Of a stretch of 64,000 bases of DNA, positions 13,206-26,016 are shown in pieces. A program made the position numbers and the translations under genes. Below the pieces are notes generated by a model. The model was not told the origin of the DNA. It worked only from the letters and a program-made list of their open reading frames with translations, and searched no databases. Source of the DNA: Octopus sinensis (lineage: Eukaryota). The stretch spans positions 136,524,001-136,588,000 of the forward strand of contig NC_042998.1 of NCBI RefSeq assembly GCF_006345805.1. The letters run 5' to 3'. How positions within the stretch are numbered: position 1 is the first letter of the stretch; the number at the start of each line of letters is the position of its first letter.

Positions 13206-13493
13206 ATAATATTCATTATTCAAAATTCCTGAGCATTGTACTCCAAGTTCGGCAAAAGAGACCGACAGAATAAGTACCAGGCCTAGCAAAAAAGTTAAGT
13301 GCTGGGATCGATTCATTCAGCTAAAAATTTTTCGGGGAAGGTTATCTTTTTTCTTCAGAAATGTAAATAAACCCACGTGGGTTTATAAGTGACAGTTATG
13401 TTACTAGTACCGAATGATCGCCTTTCAAGGCGGTGCCCCAGCATGGCTGCAATATAATGACTGAAACAAGTGAAAGATAAAAAATATAAAAGA

Positions 13494-13542
<49 letters not shown>

Positions 13543-13569
13543 TGTAGCTAGATAGATAAACAGATAGAC

Positions 13570-13632
<63 letters not shown>

Positions 13633-13962
13633 AAGATAGATAGATAGATAGAAAGATAGATAGATAGACATGCCTTCTGTTGAAAGCATTTGTATCGTGA
13701 CTCTGACTGGCTTTGCAAGCACTAACCGGCTGGAATCATAATGTCCATCAGCTGCAGTAACGTCACCAAATTAGGAAGACATGCAAATGTCATGAGCACT
13801 GTACCGTTTAACGGACTAATAAAAAAGTGACTCTAACCTAGGACCAAAACTTCAAAGAGCATTCTACCAAAAACAGAAATATTTTGATAAAAAAAGAAAC
13901 CTCCAAAACTTCTACAAATATACTAATATAATAAAAATATATTAATATAATATTTTCCTTAC

Positions 13963-14035
13963 CGGTAGCATCCATGACAGCTTTCATATTTTCTGGTTTA
14001 GCTTCTTGCTTCCATGTACCAAAAAAGTTGTCCAT
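13963..14035 (-). CDS. FABP-like (fatty acid-binding protein/calycin) gene, coding exon 1
   Basis: ATG at 14035 reads MDNFFGTWKQEAKPENMKAVMDAT (FABP N-terminal F-x-G-x-W-K motif). 73 nt ending in a phase-1 donor G|GTAAGG, the conserved size and phase of FABP exon 1. Confidence 0.85.
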
Positions 14036-14121
14036 TTTGATATTTGTTTATATTGAGATTGCTATGTATATTTTCTTGATCAACGCTAGGTCTCAGTGTG
14101 GCTTTATAAAAAGATCTTTCG

Positions 14122-14198
14122 TTTTATATACTTAGAGAAAGTGTCACCGGAAGTTCATTTTTGAAACGCCAACAACGTATCTATTGAAATTTCATTGG
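14122..14198 (-). promoter_or_regulatory. Putative core promoter of the FABP-like gene
   Basis: TATATAAAA on the minus strand (14122-14130, about 90 nt upstream of the ATG), ETS-type CCGGAAGT (14147-14154) and CCAAT (14194-14198). Confidence 0.55.
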
Positions 14199-14865
14199 TT
14201 ACCGACCAAATAAATTTGTCTTCAAATTCTGTTATTCAAATCAGTGGGAAGAGGAGAAAACAACTGGTTATTTTATGATTGTTTTATTCTTTTCATATAT
14301 TTATTTAATCTTTTTGCGTGGTTCTCTATTAACCGTGAGAACGTTCGCCATTTTGAAAGACAGTATAAAGTAAACAATCTAAAAATTTATCAGGTTACCA
14401 ATGGCAATTGTTATTATGGCGACCTACTCTTTGCCATTGCCTTTTCCCTCTCCTCTCATCCTGTCCTTCAGCCCTCCCATTTATTCGGCTCGGTACTATA
14501 TATATACATATATACATACAAACACACATACACATAGACACAAATCACACACACTCACTCTCTCTCTCTCTCGCTCTCCCTCCATTATACAGATCTACAT
14601 GCAAGCATACGTATTCACATGTAAATATATGCCTGCTTACATAGATTTAAATATGCGCTAACTTTAAAAAACAGGACATTCATGCACACGAAATTATAAA
14701 TACGTATAAGGGAAGGAAAAATACTACGAGCGCAGAATTTTTCCATCCGCTTGTATTTGTGAGTTTCCATAATTATTAGCCCATATCTACGAATTTCTTC
14801 ATACACACACACACATGTATGTATATATGTGTCTATGTATGTATATGCATATATATATATATATA

Positions 14866-14897
<32 letters not shown>

Positions 14898-14996
14898 CAA
14901 ATATATATGTATATATAAATATAAATGTATATATATGTGCATATATATGTATATATATGCGCTATATATATGTATGTATGTATGTATGAATGTATG

Positions 14997-15037
<41 letters not shown>

Positions 15038-15039
<2 letters not shown>

Positions 15040-15395
15040 GGCGTAGCTGTGTGGTAAGAAGTTTGCTAACCAACGACATGGTTCCTGTTCAATCAAACTG
15101 CGTGGCACCTTGGGAAAGTGTCTTCTGCTATAGCCTCGGACAGACCAACGCATCGTGAGTAGATTTGGTAGACGGAAGCTGAAAGAAGCTCGTCGTATAT
15201 TTATGTATGGATCCATGTGTGTGTGCATGTGTGTGCCTTTATGTCACTGTTTATACCCCTATCACCTCTTGACAACTGGTGTTGGTGTGTTTATGTCCCC
15301 GTAACGCAGCGGTTCAGCAAAAGATACAGATAGAATAAGTACTAGGCTGAAAAAGTAAGTCCTGCAGTTAAATGACTGAAACAAGTAAAAGCATA
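15038..15395 (+). mobile_element. Octopus-type tRNA-derived SINE
   Basis: Head GGCGTAGCTGTGTGGTAAGAAGTTTGC...GGTTCCTGTTCAATC, body CTTGGGAAAGTGTCTTCTGCTATAGCC, tail AATGACTGAAACAAGTAAAAG. Confidence 0.85.
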
Positions 15396-15945
15396 TTCTG
15401 TTGTGTCTGGGGAGAGTCATTCTCTTTTAGTGCCTTATAATTTAACACACTCACCGGTAAAATTTCCACTCATTTAATTATACGCACAAACAAACAAAAA
15501 GAACGCAGTTCGGATAATGGACAGAGTCAGCAACTACTGAAAAGGTGGCAAGACGCCAGGAAATTTTAGAAAAATAAATAAATATATGAGTGGAAGCTTT
15601 TCCGGTGAGTGTGTTAAATTATAAGACACTAAAAGAGAATGACTCTCCCCAGACACAACAGAATATGCTTCAACACACGAACTCATATAAAGAATCTTGC
15701 ATACCAAATCCCAAAATGAAATATTCATTTGTACATACATATCTGCATGTACACATACATATAAACATACATACATGCATATATATATGCATACATACAT
15801 GCATGCATGCATATATACATACATACATACATACATACATACATACATACATACATACATACATACATACATACATACATACATACATACATACATACAT
15901 ACATACATACATACATACATACGTAAATACATACATACATACATA

Positions 15946-17192
15946 TCAGAGGGTATATGAAAAGTTTTGAGCCTAACCTAGAAACGGGGCTGCTAGATAG
16001 CTGAAACAATTTTTTCTGGTAAGTAAATCTTTTCGGAGTATTCTGGTTCATTTTTATGATTCTGATATTTAAATTTTTTTGTTGCAGATTTTTGAATAAA
16101 CAAGCGTCGAGGTTACAAGGAAAATGGAGAAAATTGAGTATCGTGCTGTCATAAAGTACCTTCATGTGAAAGGCAAGACGCCATCAGAAATTCATGAAGA
16201 CATGGTGAGAACTTTAACAGAGGATGCTCCTTCATATGCAACAGTCAAACGTTAGGTAAATGAATTCAAGGGTGGCAGGGAGAATGTGGAAGAAGATCAT
16301 AGACCAGGGAGATCTCCAACTGCAACCACCAAGGACAACCTTGGTATGGTATGATAATGTCGAATATTATGTCGTCAGATAGCTGAGAGCCTGGGCATCT
16401 CATTTGAAAGAGCAGACAACATTTTCACAAAAGAATCTAGCTTCTCAAAGGTTTCCGCAAGGTGGGTCCCTCGCCTTTTGACCCCTGAACAGAAACGCAC
16501 CAGGTGCACTTTGTCCACGAGCAATCTGGAACTGTTTGAAGCCGATGAAGAGAATTTTCTCGCTCATTTCATTACTATGCACGAAAGTTGGGTTCATCAC
16601 TACTAGCCTGAAACCAAAGAACAATCAAAGCAGTAGAAACACACATCTTCTCCTACCTCAAAGAAGGCCAGGGTAATTTCTCAGCTGGCAAGGTCATGGC
16701 GTCCGTTTTTTAGGATTTTCAAGGTATCTTGCCGATCAGTTACTTTGAAAAAGGTCACACCGTGATAGGGCTGTATTAATCTCAGCTACTGAAACGCCCC
16801 CGTGAAGCAATCAAAGAAAAAAAGCCGGGAATGCTCACCAGAGGAGTTCTTTTTGATCACGACAATGCTCCAGCCCACACCTCAGTGGTTGCCGTGGCAA
16901 CAATTCGTGATTGCGGATACCAACTTGTTTCCCATCCGCCTTATTCGCCAGACTTAGCACCGTCTGACATTCATCTATTCCCAAAAAGGACAAAAGCCCT
17001 GGTTGGTCGCCATTTTGTCAGTGACAATGACGTCATGGACGCTGTAGGAAGTTTCTTGGAGTTTCAAACAAAAGATACTCCGGGATAATGGCGCTTCAGC
17101 ACCGCTGGAGAGAGTGTTCAGCCATCGAGGGGGACTGTGTTGAAAAATAAATCATTAGAAGTCTTGTACCATGTTTTGTTATTTTGAGGCTC
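15946..17192 (+). mobile_element. Mariner (Tc1/mariner) transposon with decayed transposase at 16124-17150
   Basis: Left TIR CAGAGGGTATATGAAAAGTTTTGAGCCT. Motifs MEKIEYRAVIKYL, WVPRLL, ESWVH, HDNAPAH and YSPDLAPSD, with in-frame stops and frameshifts. Right TIR truncated after AGGCTC. Confidence 0.92.
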
Positions 17193-17199
17193 TTACATA

Positions 17200-17800
17200 C
17201 ATGGTGACTGCAAACTCGTGTTCGAGTTTTGCCATCTCCTGATCGAAAGTCCCACACATGCGAAGGCTACGACCAGCCATTTTTGTGAGAGGCCTTACTT
17301 TTTTTTATGCGATGCCTGTGCATGATGATTTTTTTATAGTTGGGAAAGGATTTGCACTAATCCAATTCCACTCTCTGAACATGGACGACATAAACTCGAA
17401 AAGAAGAACTAGTCTACATCATCGAATATTGTCAGTGTCGCAAATTTTCTCTTAAGGTTTCCCTCTCCTAGAGAAATGTAACAATAGAGGAACCTCCCAC
17501 TTCTAGTGGGCCAACCGTGCGCCTGAACACTATCCAGGTATTTTTACGGTCCCGAGCATACATACATGCATACATACATGCATACATACATGCATACATA
17601 CACACGTACACATATTGTTGGATGGCCGTTGACTGCTCGTGAGTTCTTCCGCCCTTTGACAGGTCTTATTTTTTCGCCTGCAGCATGTCCAACAATCACC
17701 ATACGCACCAAATAAGCTTGATGGGGTTGCCAGTTTAGTCGCCGACGACCCGATCATGCAACGGGTTGTACTGGGTTACATGTTACTAATAGTGCCCAGG
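17200..17800 (-). mobile_element. Possible degenerate RTE-like LINE 3' fragments
   Basis: Weak: fragments ending ...CAGTCAACGGCCAT next to (ATAC)n/(ATGC)n tracts. Confidence 0.3.
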
Positions 17801-17931
17801 AGCGACCTGACAATAACATACATACAGATACTTATATATGTGTATTTGATTCACCTTACTCTAATTAAATATTCTAAATGACCTGAGATACTTGTCCTGC
17901 TTTGGTTTTGTTTTCCTTTTCCTTTAATATG

Positions 17932-18028
<97 letters not shown>

Positions 18029-18192
18029 GTATATATATGTATATATATGTATATATATATACATATATATATATATAATATACATACACACACACATATA
18101 TATATATATACATATACATATATATACACACACACATATACACATATGAATATATAAATATATATGTATATATATATATGTGTGTGTTTGTA

Positions 18193-18248
<56 letters not shown>

Positions 18249-19910
18249 CACACAGGCACACACACACACATACACATATATATATTTATATATTCATATG
18301 TGTATATGTGAATGCTCGCATGTGCTTTGACATAATGTGTGTGCTTTATGTCTTTTACATGTATAGTCGATTATATCATATGTATATCACAATTTATAAA
18401 AGTATTTTGGAGAGTTATTTAGAATGGAAAATATTTCCTTCTTTTAGTTCATTAACGTGTATTTTAGACATTACACTAAGGCCATGTTAGGAGGCCAAAT
18501 CAGAAATTAGATTGTGTCTCTGTTTTTGGTGTGTCGTATCAGTTCTGCAACCGAATACAACCTTTCAGAAATGGTTAAGTAATGTAACATTCAATTTCTT
18601 AATTCTTAATAATTTGGGGACTCTAAGCATGAGGAATTTAAGTGAACTTTATTGACTTCAAATAGTCTGCAGAACATCTTGATGTCTGCCACGTAGGAAA
18701 TGTATGGTTTTGAGAAAAACACAAATTTTCACAGAAATTTATTTAGCGCAAAATAAAAGATGTACATTCATAATTATGTGATTATATAAACAAATGATCT
18801 TTGAAGCTAGTTAGTGCAACAGATGTTCTGAGTTAGGGAAGCGAGGAAAATAAGCACTTAGTTTGTCAACAAGGCTAAACTGGGTTGGCACATTAATGTA
18901 AACATGAAATTGAAGGAATAATTTGTTATTTGCTGTTTCGATATTGGAGTAAGAACTAGAATTAGTTTATAATAAAATGGGTTTAATAATAGAGATAATA
19001 TAATTAAAATATTATCATAGGCTGAAGAGAATAGTATTATAATTTATATATCTTGCATCAGACAGATCTGATTACATAATTTTATTTTTATTTTGTGACA
19101 TGGTAACGGTGACGATAACTCTTCATAAAAACAATCTCTTCTTAGTGCATCAGCCAGATTATAGCCTTTCTAGTACTCTCTCTGCGCACATTTATAATGG
19201 TCTGCATCTAAGAAAAAGTCACTCGCTGATAAGCATTTTTCATTCTGCATCTAAGAAAAAGTCACTTGTTATTAAACATTTTTCACTCTGTATCTCCTCC
19301 GTAAAACGAGCTAGCAGGACACAAATCAAATTGTGTCTTCCTAAGCTCGTTCCTATCGCAACAGCAACAGATCCAGCTCTTTTGATATGGTTAACTGAAT
19401 GTCACTCGCTCATCATACTTCTATATCATCATACATCTATACCACTATAAAATTTTCCGAAACCGTTTTGCTTTCGCATGTTCTGAAACTTACTTCTCAC
19501 TCTAGATTTCTTAATCTACAACAGCATAACATTCCTTCTTCCTCCGCTTAGAAGACCAAGGGATAACAGTTAAACAGTGGAATACAGCACTTTTGAAACA
19601 TCAAAAGAAATACAAATTCAACTCTAATTAAGGACTCGGTAAACGGAAGGAATGCAATGTATGAAAGACAGTGTACTACACGAAGAACAAGTTGATATCT
19701 GCACCGAGCACTTGTACAAAATAGATAATTTTATTCAGACATTTTCATCGATAAATATGGAGAATTCTAAGTCTTCCTGATCATCGGTTTCTTAGACTTT
19801 ATCAAGGCTTTAAATAGTGTGTATTGATAGTCATTTTTCTAACATCGCCCTGTTAGAAAAAGAGTATGTCAGCAGATACAGACACACATATATATGTAAA
19901 TATATATATG

Positions 19911-19949
<39 letters not shown>

Positions 19950-20014
19950 TAGCATTAAAGACCCGTCGTTGCCGGGCCATAGTGCTAGTGCATGTATATA
20001 TGTGTATATATAAC

Positions 20015-21359
20015 GGGAAGGTTTACGAAAATAAATAAAAGACGAAGGCAGGTGGAGTACAAAGAAACAATTGTATTAGTATGGCGCTCAGGAATAGAAA
20101 TAAAACAAGTCTTTTACGTTTCGGGCCTACGCTCTTCGACAGAAAGATACACAGATACACAGCTTAGATACAAAGATACACAGCTTAGATGAAAAGGAGG
20201 GGAGAGTTGAGACCAAATGGCGTAAAAGAGCGAAGAGAGAAGATTAATCCCTGTTCACGGCGCAAGCGGGAATCCGGATGGCCTCTGTGCAAGGACAATC
20301 CGAACACAGATAGGTGTTGCAAGGAGTTACCGGTGGAGCGGAAATGGCGTGACCGGTGTGTCATTGGCAAGGCGGATGTCTCGGAGGTGTTCCACGAACC
20401 GGTCAGCCAAGCGGCGTCCCGTTTGTCTGATGTACAGGGAATGGCAGAGAGAGCAGGAGATGCAATAGATGATATTGCTGGAGGTGCAGGTGAAGGAGTC
20501 GATGATGCGATTTGGTCGATGATGGGTGCCAGTGAGGAGGGTGGTGTTGGAGGGGTAAGGGCAAGTGCGGCAACATGGGCGGGAGCAGAGGAACGAGCCA
20601 GGTTGAGAGGTAGGGTCAGGTAAGAAGCTGTGGACCAAGAGGTCTCGTAGGTTATGGGCTCGTTTGAAGGAGGGGAGGGGTCGGTTAGGGAAGAGGTGTG
20701 AAGTGGACGGGTCGGACTGGAGATGCCGGAAAGCTCGAAGAATGGTGCGTTGGAGAGGTAGGGTGGTGGGGTGGGAAGTGAGGGGAAAATGGAGGCGGGA
20801 GACTACAGGGCGGGTTCGGAGGGAGAGAGCAGATGCACGGTCTACGGAACGTGCTCTGACAAGGGCGGTGTGGATAGTGGTGAGGGGGTATCCACGTAGG
20901 ATGAAGTGGCGAGCCATGAGTTGAGACTGAGTCTCAAAGTCAGGGTCGTCACTACAGTGCCTACGTAGACGGAGGAATTGGGAATAGGGGATGGAAAGCT
21001 TGGTGTGTTTGGGGTGGGAGGAAGAGAAGTTTAGGTATGAGTGTGAGTCTGTGTGTTTGTAGTGAATGGAGGTGGTAAGAGTGGAGTGATGAATGCTGAC
21101 CGAAATGTCGAGGAAGGAGACAGAGGTGTTGGAGATAGTGGAGGTGAAGTGGAGGGCAGGATGGAAGGATTGAACGAAAGAGAGGAAGGAATCTAGATGT
21201 TCACGGGAGAGTGAGGTGGCACCGATAATGTCGTCAATGTAACGACCGTATGGTTCGGGAGTGGGACCAGTGAAACTAGAAAATATTTGGGCCTCAACAT
21301 AGCCAACGAACAGGTTCGCATAGTTGGGGCCCATTCGCGTTCCCATCGCCACTCCCGAA
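20015..21359 (-). mobile_element. Penelope-like element, 5'-truncated (RT + GIY-YIG + pLTR)
   Basis: GVAMGTRMGPNYANLF, YGRYIDDI, then CTSSNIIYCISCSLCHSLYIRQTGRRLADRFVEH (GIY-YIG); one frameshift near 20330; pLTR 20015-20190. Confidence 0.93.
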
Positions 21360-21676
21360 TGTGTGCATATTACATGTACATCTATATATATACATCTACA
21401 CATAAAATACAAAATACAAAGTTATATCTTGATATCGCTAGTGATAACAATACTCAAAATATATAACAGACTGGAATTGTTAGCCCGTCTCTTGTAATTT
21501 CGATCAATTGTATCTTTCCTCCCTCTTTTATAGAAGTGTGGCTACAATCCAGCCTACCTCAACTTCGGGGGTGGGGGCTATGAGGCATTTTAAACTTTTA
21601 TCCGGGACGTCCTACGTCCCAGATATAAAGGTAAAATAAATTATTTCCACTTTGCAAGTTCGAGTCGAGTACTCCC

Positions 21677-22474
21677 TTGCACGCTCCGTGGACTCGAACC
21701 TTGCTTCTATTGTGGCGAATTTACCGCATCTGATTAGATACCTTTCATAGTCGTACCAAGACACTTTTCGAAGGTGCTTTCCTCCACATGTTCAAATCTT
21801 TTTTCTCTACATTGCATACTTTATAGACAATAGTCTTTTCTTTGATCTAATTTTTTATTATCCATCTGAACTATTCCATTTCTGCACGCTAATTTTATTT
21901 TTAATTTATTCCCATTCATGTGAAACCACTTATTCAAGTTCAAATCATTGATGCAATTTTATACCAATTGCTATTTTTACTTTTGTTATGTTACGATTAT
22001 ATTATACTTTAGTTTGATTTTAATTATTACTTACTACATATAATTCAATTGTTATTAGTATTTTTATTGTTAAAGTGAAAGAATCTGACATAAAATAGAG
22101 AAACGTTTTTGTTTCACTTTTAACACATAATACTGAAACAGTGGAGAAGATATGATATTGCTATGGGCTCGCTCTAGGCAAAAAGTTGAACATTTTTTTC
22201 CCACGAAACTACATGGACCCTAAGTAAGGCATGTGTAAAATTTGAATGGAATTGGTTGTGTAGTTCTCAAGTTTTAGGGAATCGTTGTGGAGAAGATATG
22301 ATATTGCTGTGGGCTCGCCCTAGGCAAAAAGTTCAAAATATTTTTGCCGATGACACTCCCGGACCCTAAGTAAGGCATGTGTAAAATTTGAATGAAATTG
22401 GTTGTGTAGTTCTCAAGTTTTAGGGAAACACACAGACAGACAGACACACATTCTCAGTTTTATATATATAAAGA
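21677..22474 (-). mobile_element. Helitron-like element, left copy (internally deleted, 3' end missing)
   Basis: Reverse complement of 22537-23030 joined to 23580-23767; internal ~140 bp tandem duplication at 22141-22425. Confidence 0.8.
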
Positions 22475-22504
22475 TATGTGTATATATATATATATGTGTA
22501 TATA

Positions 22505-22536
<32 letters not shown>

Positions 22537-22540
<4 letters not shown>

Positions 22541-23787
22541 TATATATATAAAACTGAGAATGTGTGTGTGTGTGTGTGTCTGTCTGTCTGTGTGTTTCCC
22601 TAAAACTTAAGAAGTACACAACCAATTTCATTCAAATTTTTCACATACCTTACTTAAGGGCCGGGGAGTGTCATAGGCAATTTTTTTTAACTTTTTGCCC
22701 AGGGCGAGCCCACAGCAATATCATATTTTCTCCACTATTTCAATATTACGCGTTAAAAGTGAAACAAAAACATTTCTCTATTTTATGTCAGATACTTTCA
22801 CTTTAACAATAAAAATTAGAGATAATAATAACAATTGAATTATTTGTAGTAAGTAATAATTAAAATCAAACTACAGTATAATATAATAATTAAATCGTAA
22901 CATAACAATTAAAAGTAAAAATAACAATTGGTATAAAATTGCATCAATGACTTGAACTTGAATAAGTGGTTTCACATGAATGGGAATAAATTAAAAGTAA
23001 AATTAGTGTGCAGAAATGGAATAGTCCAGACGGAGCTGTACACATACCGTTTACCACGGCTTTTACATTAGATCATCTGCTAATTAGCTAGCATTAAGTA
23101 TCTACATGAAGTTTTCTCGAACAGCCGCTTCTACTGAGTACTGCTTTTGGTTTATCTCTTATACATAAAGGACTATAGCTTCAACTGCGTACTGCTTTTT
23201 GATTCACCGTAAGGTTTGTTGTTATTATTATTACTGTTTATCATTATCACGTTTGTTGGTTCCTCGTAAGGGAAACATTGTTGTGTTGCATTTGTTAAAT
23301 AATTGTAAACCGTAACCCTCCCCCTTTGGGAGAAGGAGCTTTGGTTATTGTTTAAAAATTGAATTGTGTCCCTGTTTGGGGAAATTGACAATATTTTCAC
23401 CGTTTATACGGAAGCATTTTTGTTAAAATGTCTTCGATAGAAGAAAGTCCAAAAATGAATTTCACTACAGCCGTCGACGGGCGCGAACTCATTAAAATTA
23501 AAATGGAAGAAATACAAACATATTTCGGATTGATCACCGACAAAGACGGTGAATCTAGGATAACACCACCAAACGAAATAAAAAAATAAAATTAAAGAAA
23601 AGACTATTGTCTATAAAGTATACAATGTAGAGAAAAAAAAATTTGAACACCTGGAGGAAAGCACCATCGAAAATTGTCTTGGTGCGACTATGAAAGATAT
23701 CAAGTATCTAACCAGAGGCGGTAAATTCGCCACAATAGAAGCAAGGTTCGAGTCCACGGAGCGTGCAACGCCGGGTCATAATGCTAG
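22537..23787 (+). mobile_element. Helitron-like element, right copy
   Basis: 5'-TCTATATATATATAAAACTGAG start and 3' GCAACGCCGGGTCATAATGCTAG end. Confidence 0.8.
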
Positions 23788-23788
23788 G

Positions 23789-23829
<41 letters not shown>

Positions 23830-23994
23830 CGTGTGTATATGTATATATATATATGTATGTATGTATGTATATATACATATATATATATATATAATATATT
23901 ATATATATATATTACATACATATGACATTATTTCTATATATGTATGTATATTCTATACGTATGTCGTATGAATGCATCTATGTGTGTGTGTGTT

Positions 23995-24041
<47 letters not shown>

Positions 24042-24110
24042 ATATATATATATATATGTATATATATAAAAGTATGAGAGAATAAGGTGTACGTACGCCG
24101 CAATAATATA

Positions 24111-24362
24111 TATATAAAAGTACAAAATGAGACAAGAACGCAAAACATACAAATAGACGATACAAAAAACACGGACGGGTCATTCGAAGCCTCTAATCTT
24201 CAGTCAAGAACCGGATCATCCTCGCAATTTCAATCAGCCGAAATTGCAAGGATGATCCGGTCATTGACTGAAGATTAGAGGCTTCGAATGACGCGTCCGT
24301 ACTTTTTGTATCGTCTATTTGAATGTTTTGCGTTCTTGTATCATTTTGTATTTTTTTATATA
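24111..24362. repeat. ~250 bp fold-back (near-perfect inverted repeat) embedded in (TA)n
   Basis: Arms 24111-24229 and 24240-24362 are reverse complements; the right arm resembles 38565-38690. Confidence 0.9.
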
Positions 24363-24397
24363 TATATATATATATAAAAGTATATGAGTATATGTGT

Positions 24398-24436
<39 letters not shown>

Positions 24437-24849
24437 TGCGTTTGTCTTTTGACATTTGTCTTCAGAGACCTTATTTTAGTTATTTTCCCTTTTTTTCCAC
24501 GTTACGATCGATTTCATATGTTGGTGATTGCTAATCGCACCACAGTTTAATAGGTCATTCATTGGTCCATCTCGGATAAAAACAGGTCCGTAAATTTTCG
24601 GTCGATTCTTATAGAGAAAGTTGTCGCAAGTAATTGTTTATTAATGTAAATGTTGAAGCATGGTTTGAATTTAGTTGTTGTGTCTTCAGTTGTCTGTATG
24701 TTCTCTTCTCTTTTTAATTATTAATTACCTCCTGAAGGAGCTGGTTATGTATGTAATTATGTATGTACGTACGTACGTACGTATGTATGTATGTATGTAT
24801 GTATGTATGTATGTATGTATGTATGTATGTATGTATGTATGTATGTATA

Positions 24850-26016
24850 CGTGCAGATTTGTATGTTTTTATGTATTTGCATATCTAGACATACTCATAT
24901 ATACTTCAATGATAAACAACTGGAAATGTTTGCAGAATTTTACTGTTCCACTGACGCTTTGGATCTGTAGTCTTCGAATCAGCTTTCTCCTTTCTGGTTT
25001 TTAGAAGCCTTTTTTCTCAAGATTGATATTTAGGCAGTGTGTTATATATCCCAGCCTGAACTTGTTATCTGGATAGAGTAACTGCAAATTTTTCAATAGT
25101 TCAGCGCAGGTATTTTCATTTTCGCAGCTCTTTAGCTTTATGTAAACATTCTCTAGGTAGCTGATTTTCACAACTGTACATAGTTTCTTTTTTCCATCCC
25201 AGTTAACTATGTCTGTTATGTCTATTATGTTTACATTTTATTGAGGTCTTTACTGGGACATTCCACCGGTATTCCATTTTATTATAAGTGGCTACAGAGG
25301 GTTCTTATTTCTTTGACCTCAGTGTTATCCTTCCAACGGATCTCGTTATACAGTGTCCTCAGGTAACTGCTTATAATGTGAGTGATATCTTCAGTGTTAA
25401 CTCCACAAAGTCTGCATCGGTTGTCACATTTAGCTGCTTTTTCTGCATCTCTGGTCCTTTTGTGTATCAGGTATTTGGTTGATATTTCTTTTCCTGGATT
25501 GCAAACGTATATCTTTCAAAGTGGGAGGTAGTAATCCGGTTGTTGGTCCATGATAGAGTGCTTTGATGATTAATGTTACTATCATCTCGGAGTTTTCTAC
25601 TTACATATCCATGCAAGGTCTTCTGCTGATATACGTTCATCATTTCATCTGATGATACATTGCAGTAGAGTCGTGCGACGCCTTTGGTCATGTATTTAAG
25701 GTTATCAGACAAGGGATGCTGCTCAAGGATTTCTGTTTCCTTGTGAGCCAGTGAGATATCTTTCAGAGTTCCTTAACATGAATGACAATAGGTTTACAGA
25801 ACGTATAAACAACATCACATCTCATTGGTAGATAATACTGTGATGACATTTTCGGACATCTGCTCATGATGTGGGTGATATCTTCGGTGTTAACTCCACA
25901 AAATGTCTCAATTTGCTGCTTTTCCTGCAACTGCGTGCCATCAGGTATTTGGCACCAGGTATTTGGCTGATATTTCTTGTTCATGGATTACAAACGTATA
26001 GCTTTCAAAGTGGGAG
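24850..26016 (-). mobile_element. R4/Dong-like (REL endonuclease) LINE 3' part, copy A, rearranged
   Basis: Fragments NHQSTLSWTN..ITSHFERYTFAIQE, EDITHIMSRCPKMSSQYYL and the REL region; 3' end abuts (TACA)n; internal partial duplication. Confidence 0.8.

Noticed and set aside
14306-14354. Upstream AAAATGGCG start (MANVLTVNREPRKKIK*) on the minus strand
   Set aside because: Short closed frame with no good donor; at most a YY1-like motif.
24255-24300. Hammerhead in the fold-back arm (CTGAAGA...GAATGAC)
   Set aside because: GAAT rather than GAAA, and the pattern is not retained in the 38605 homologue.
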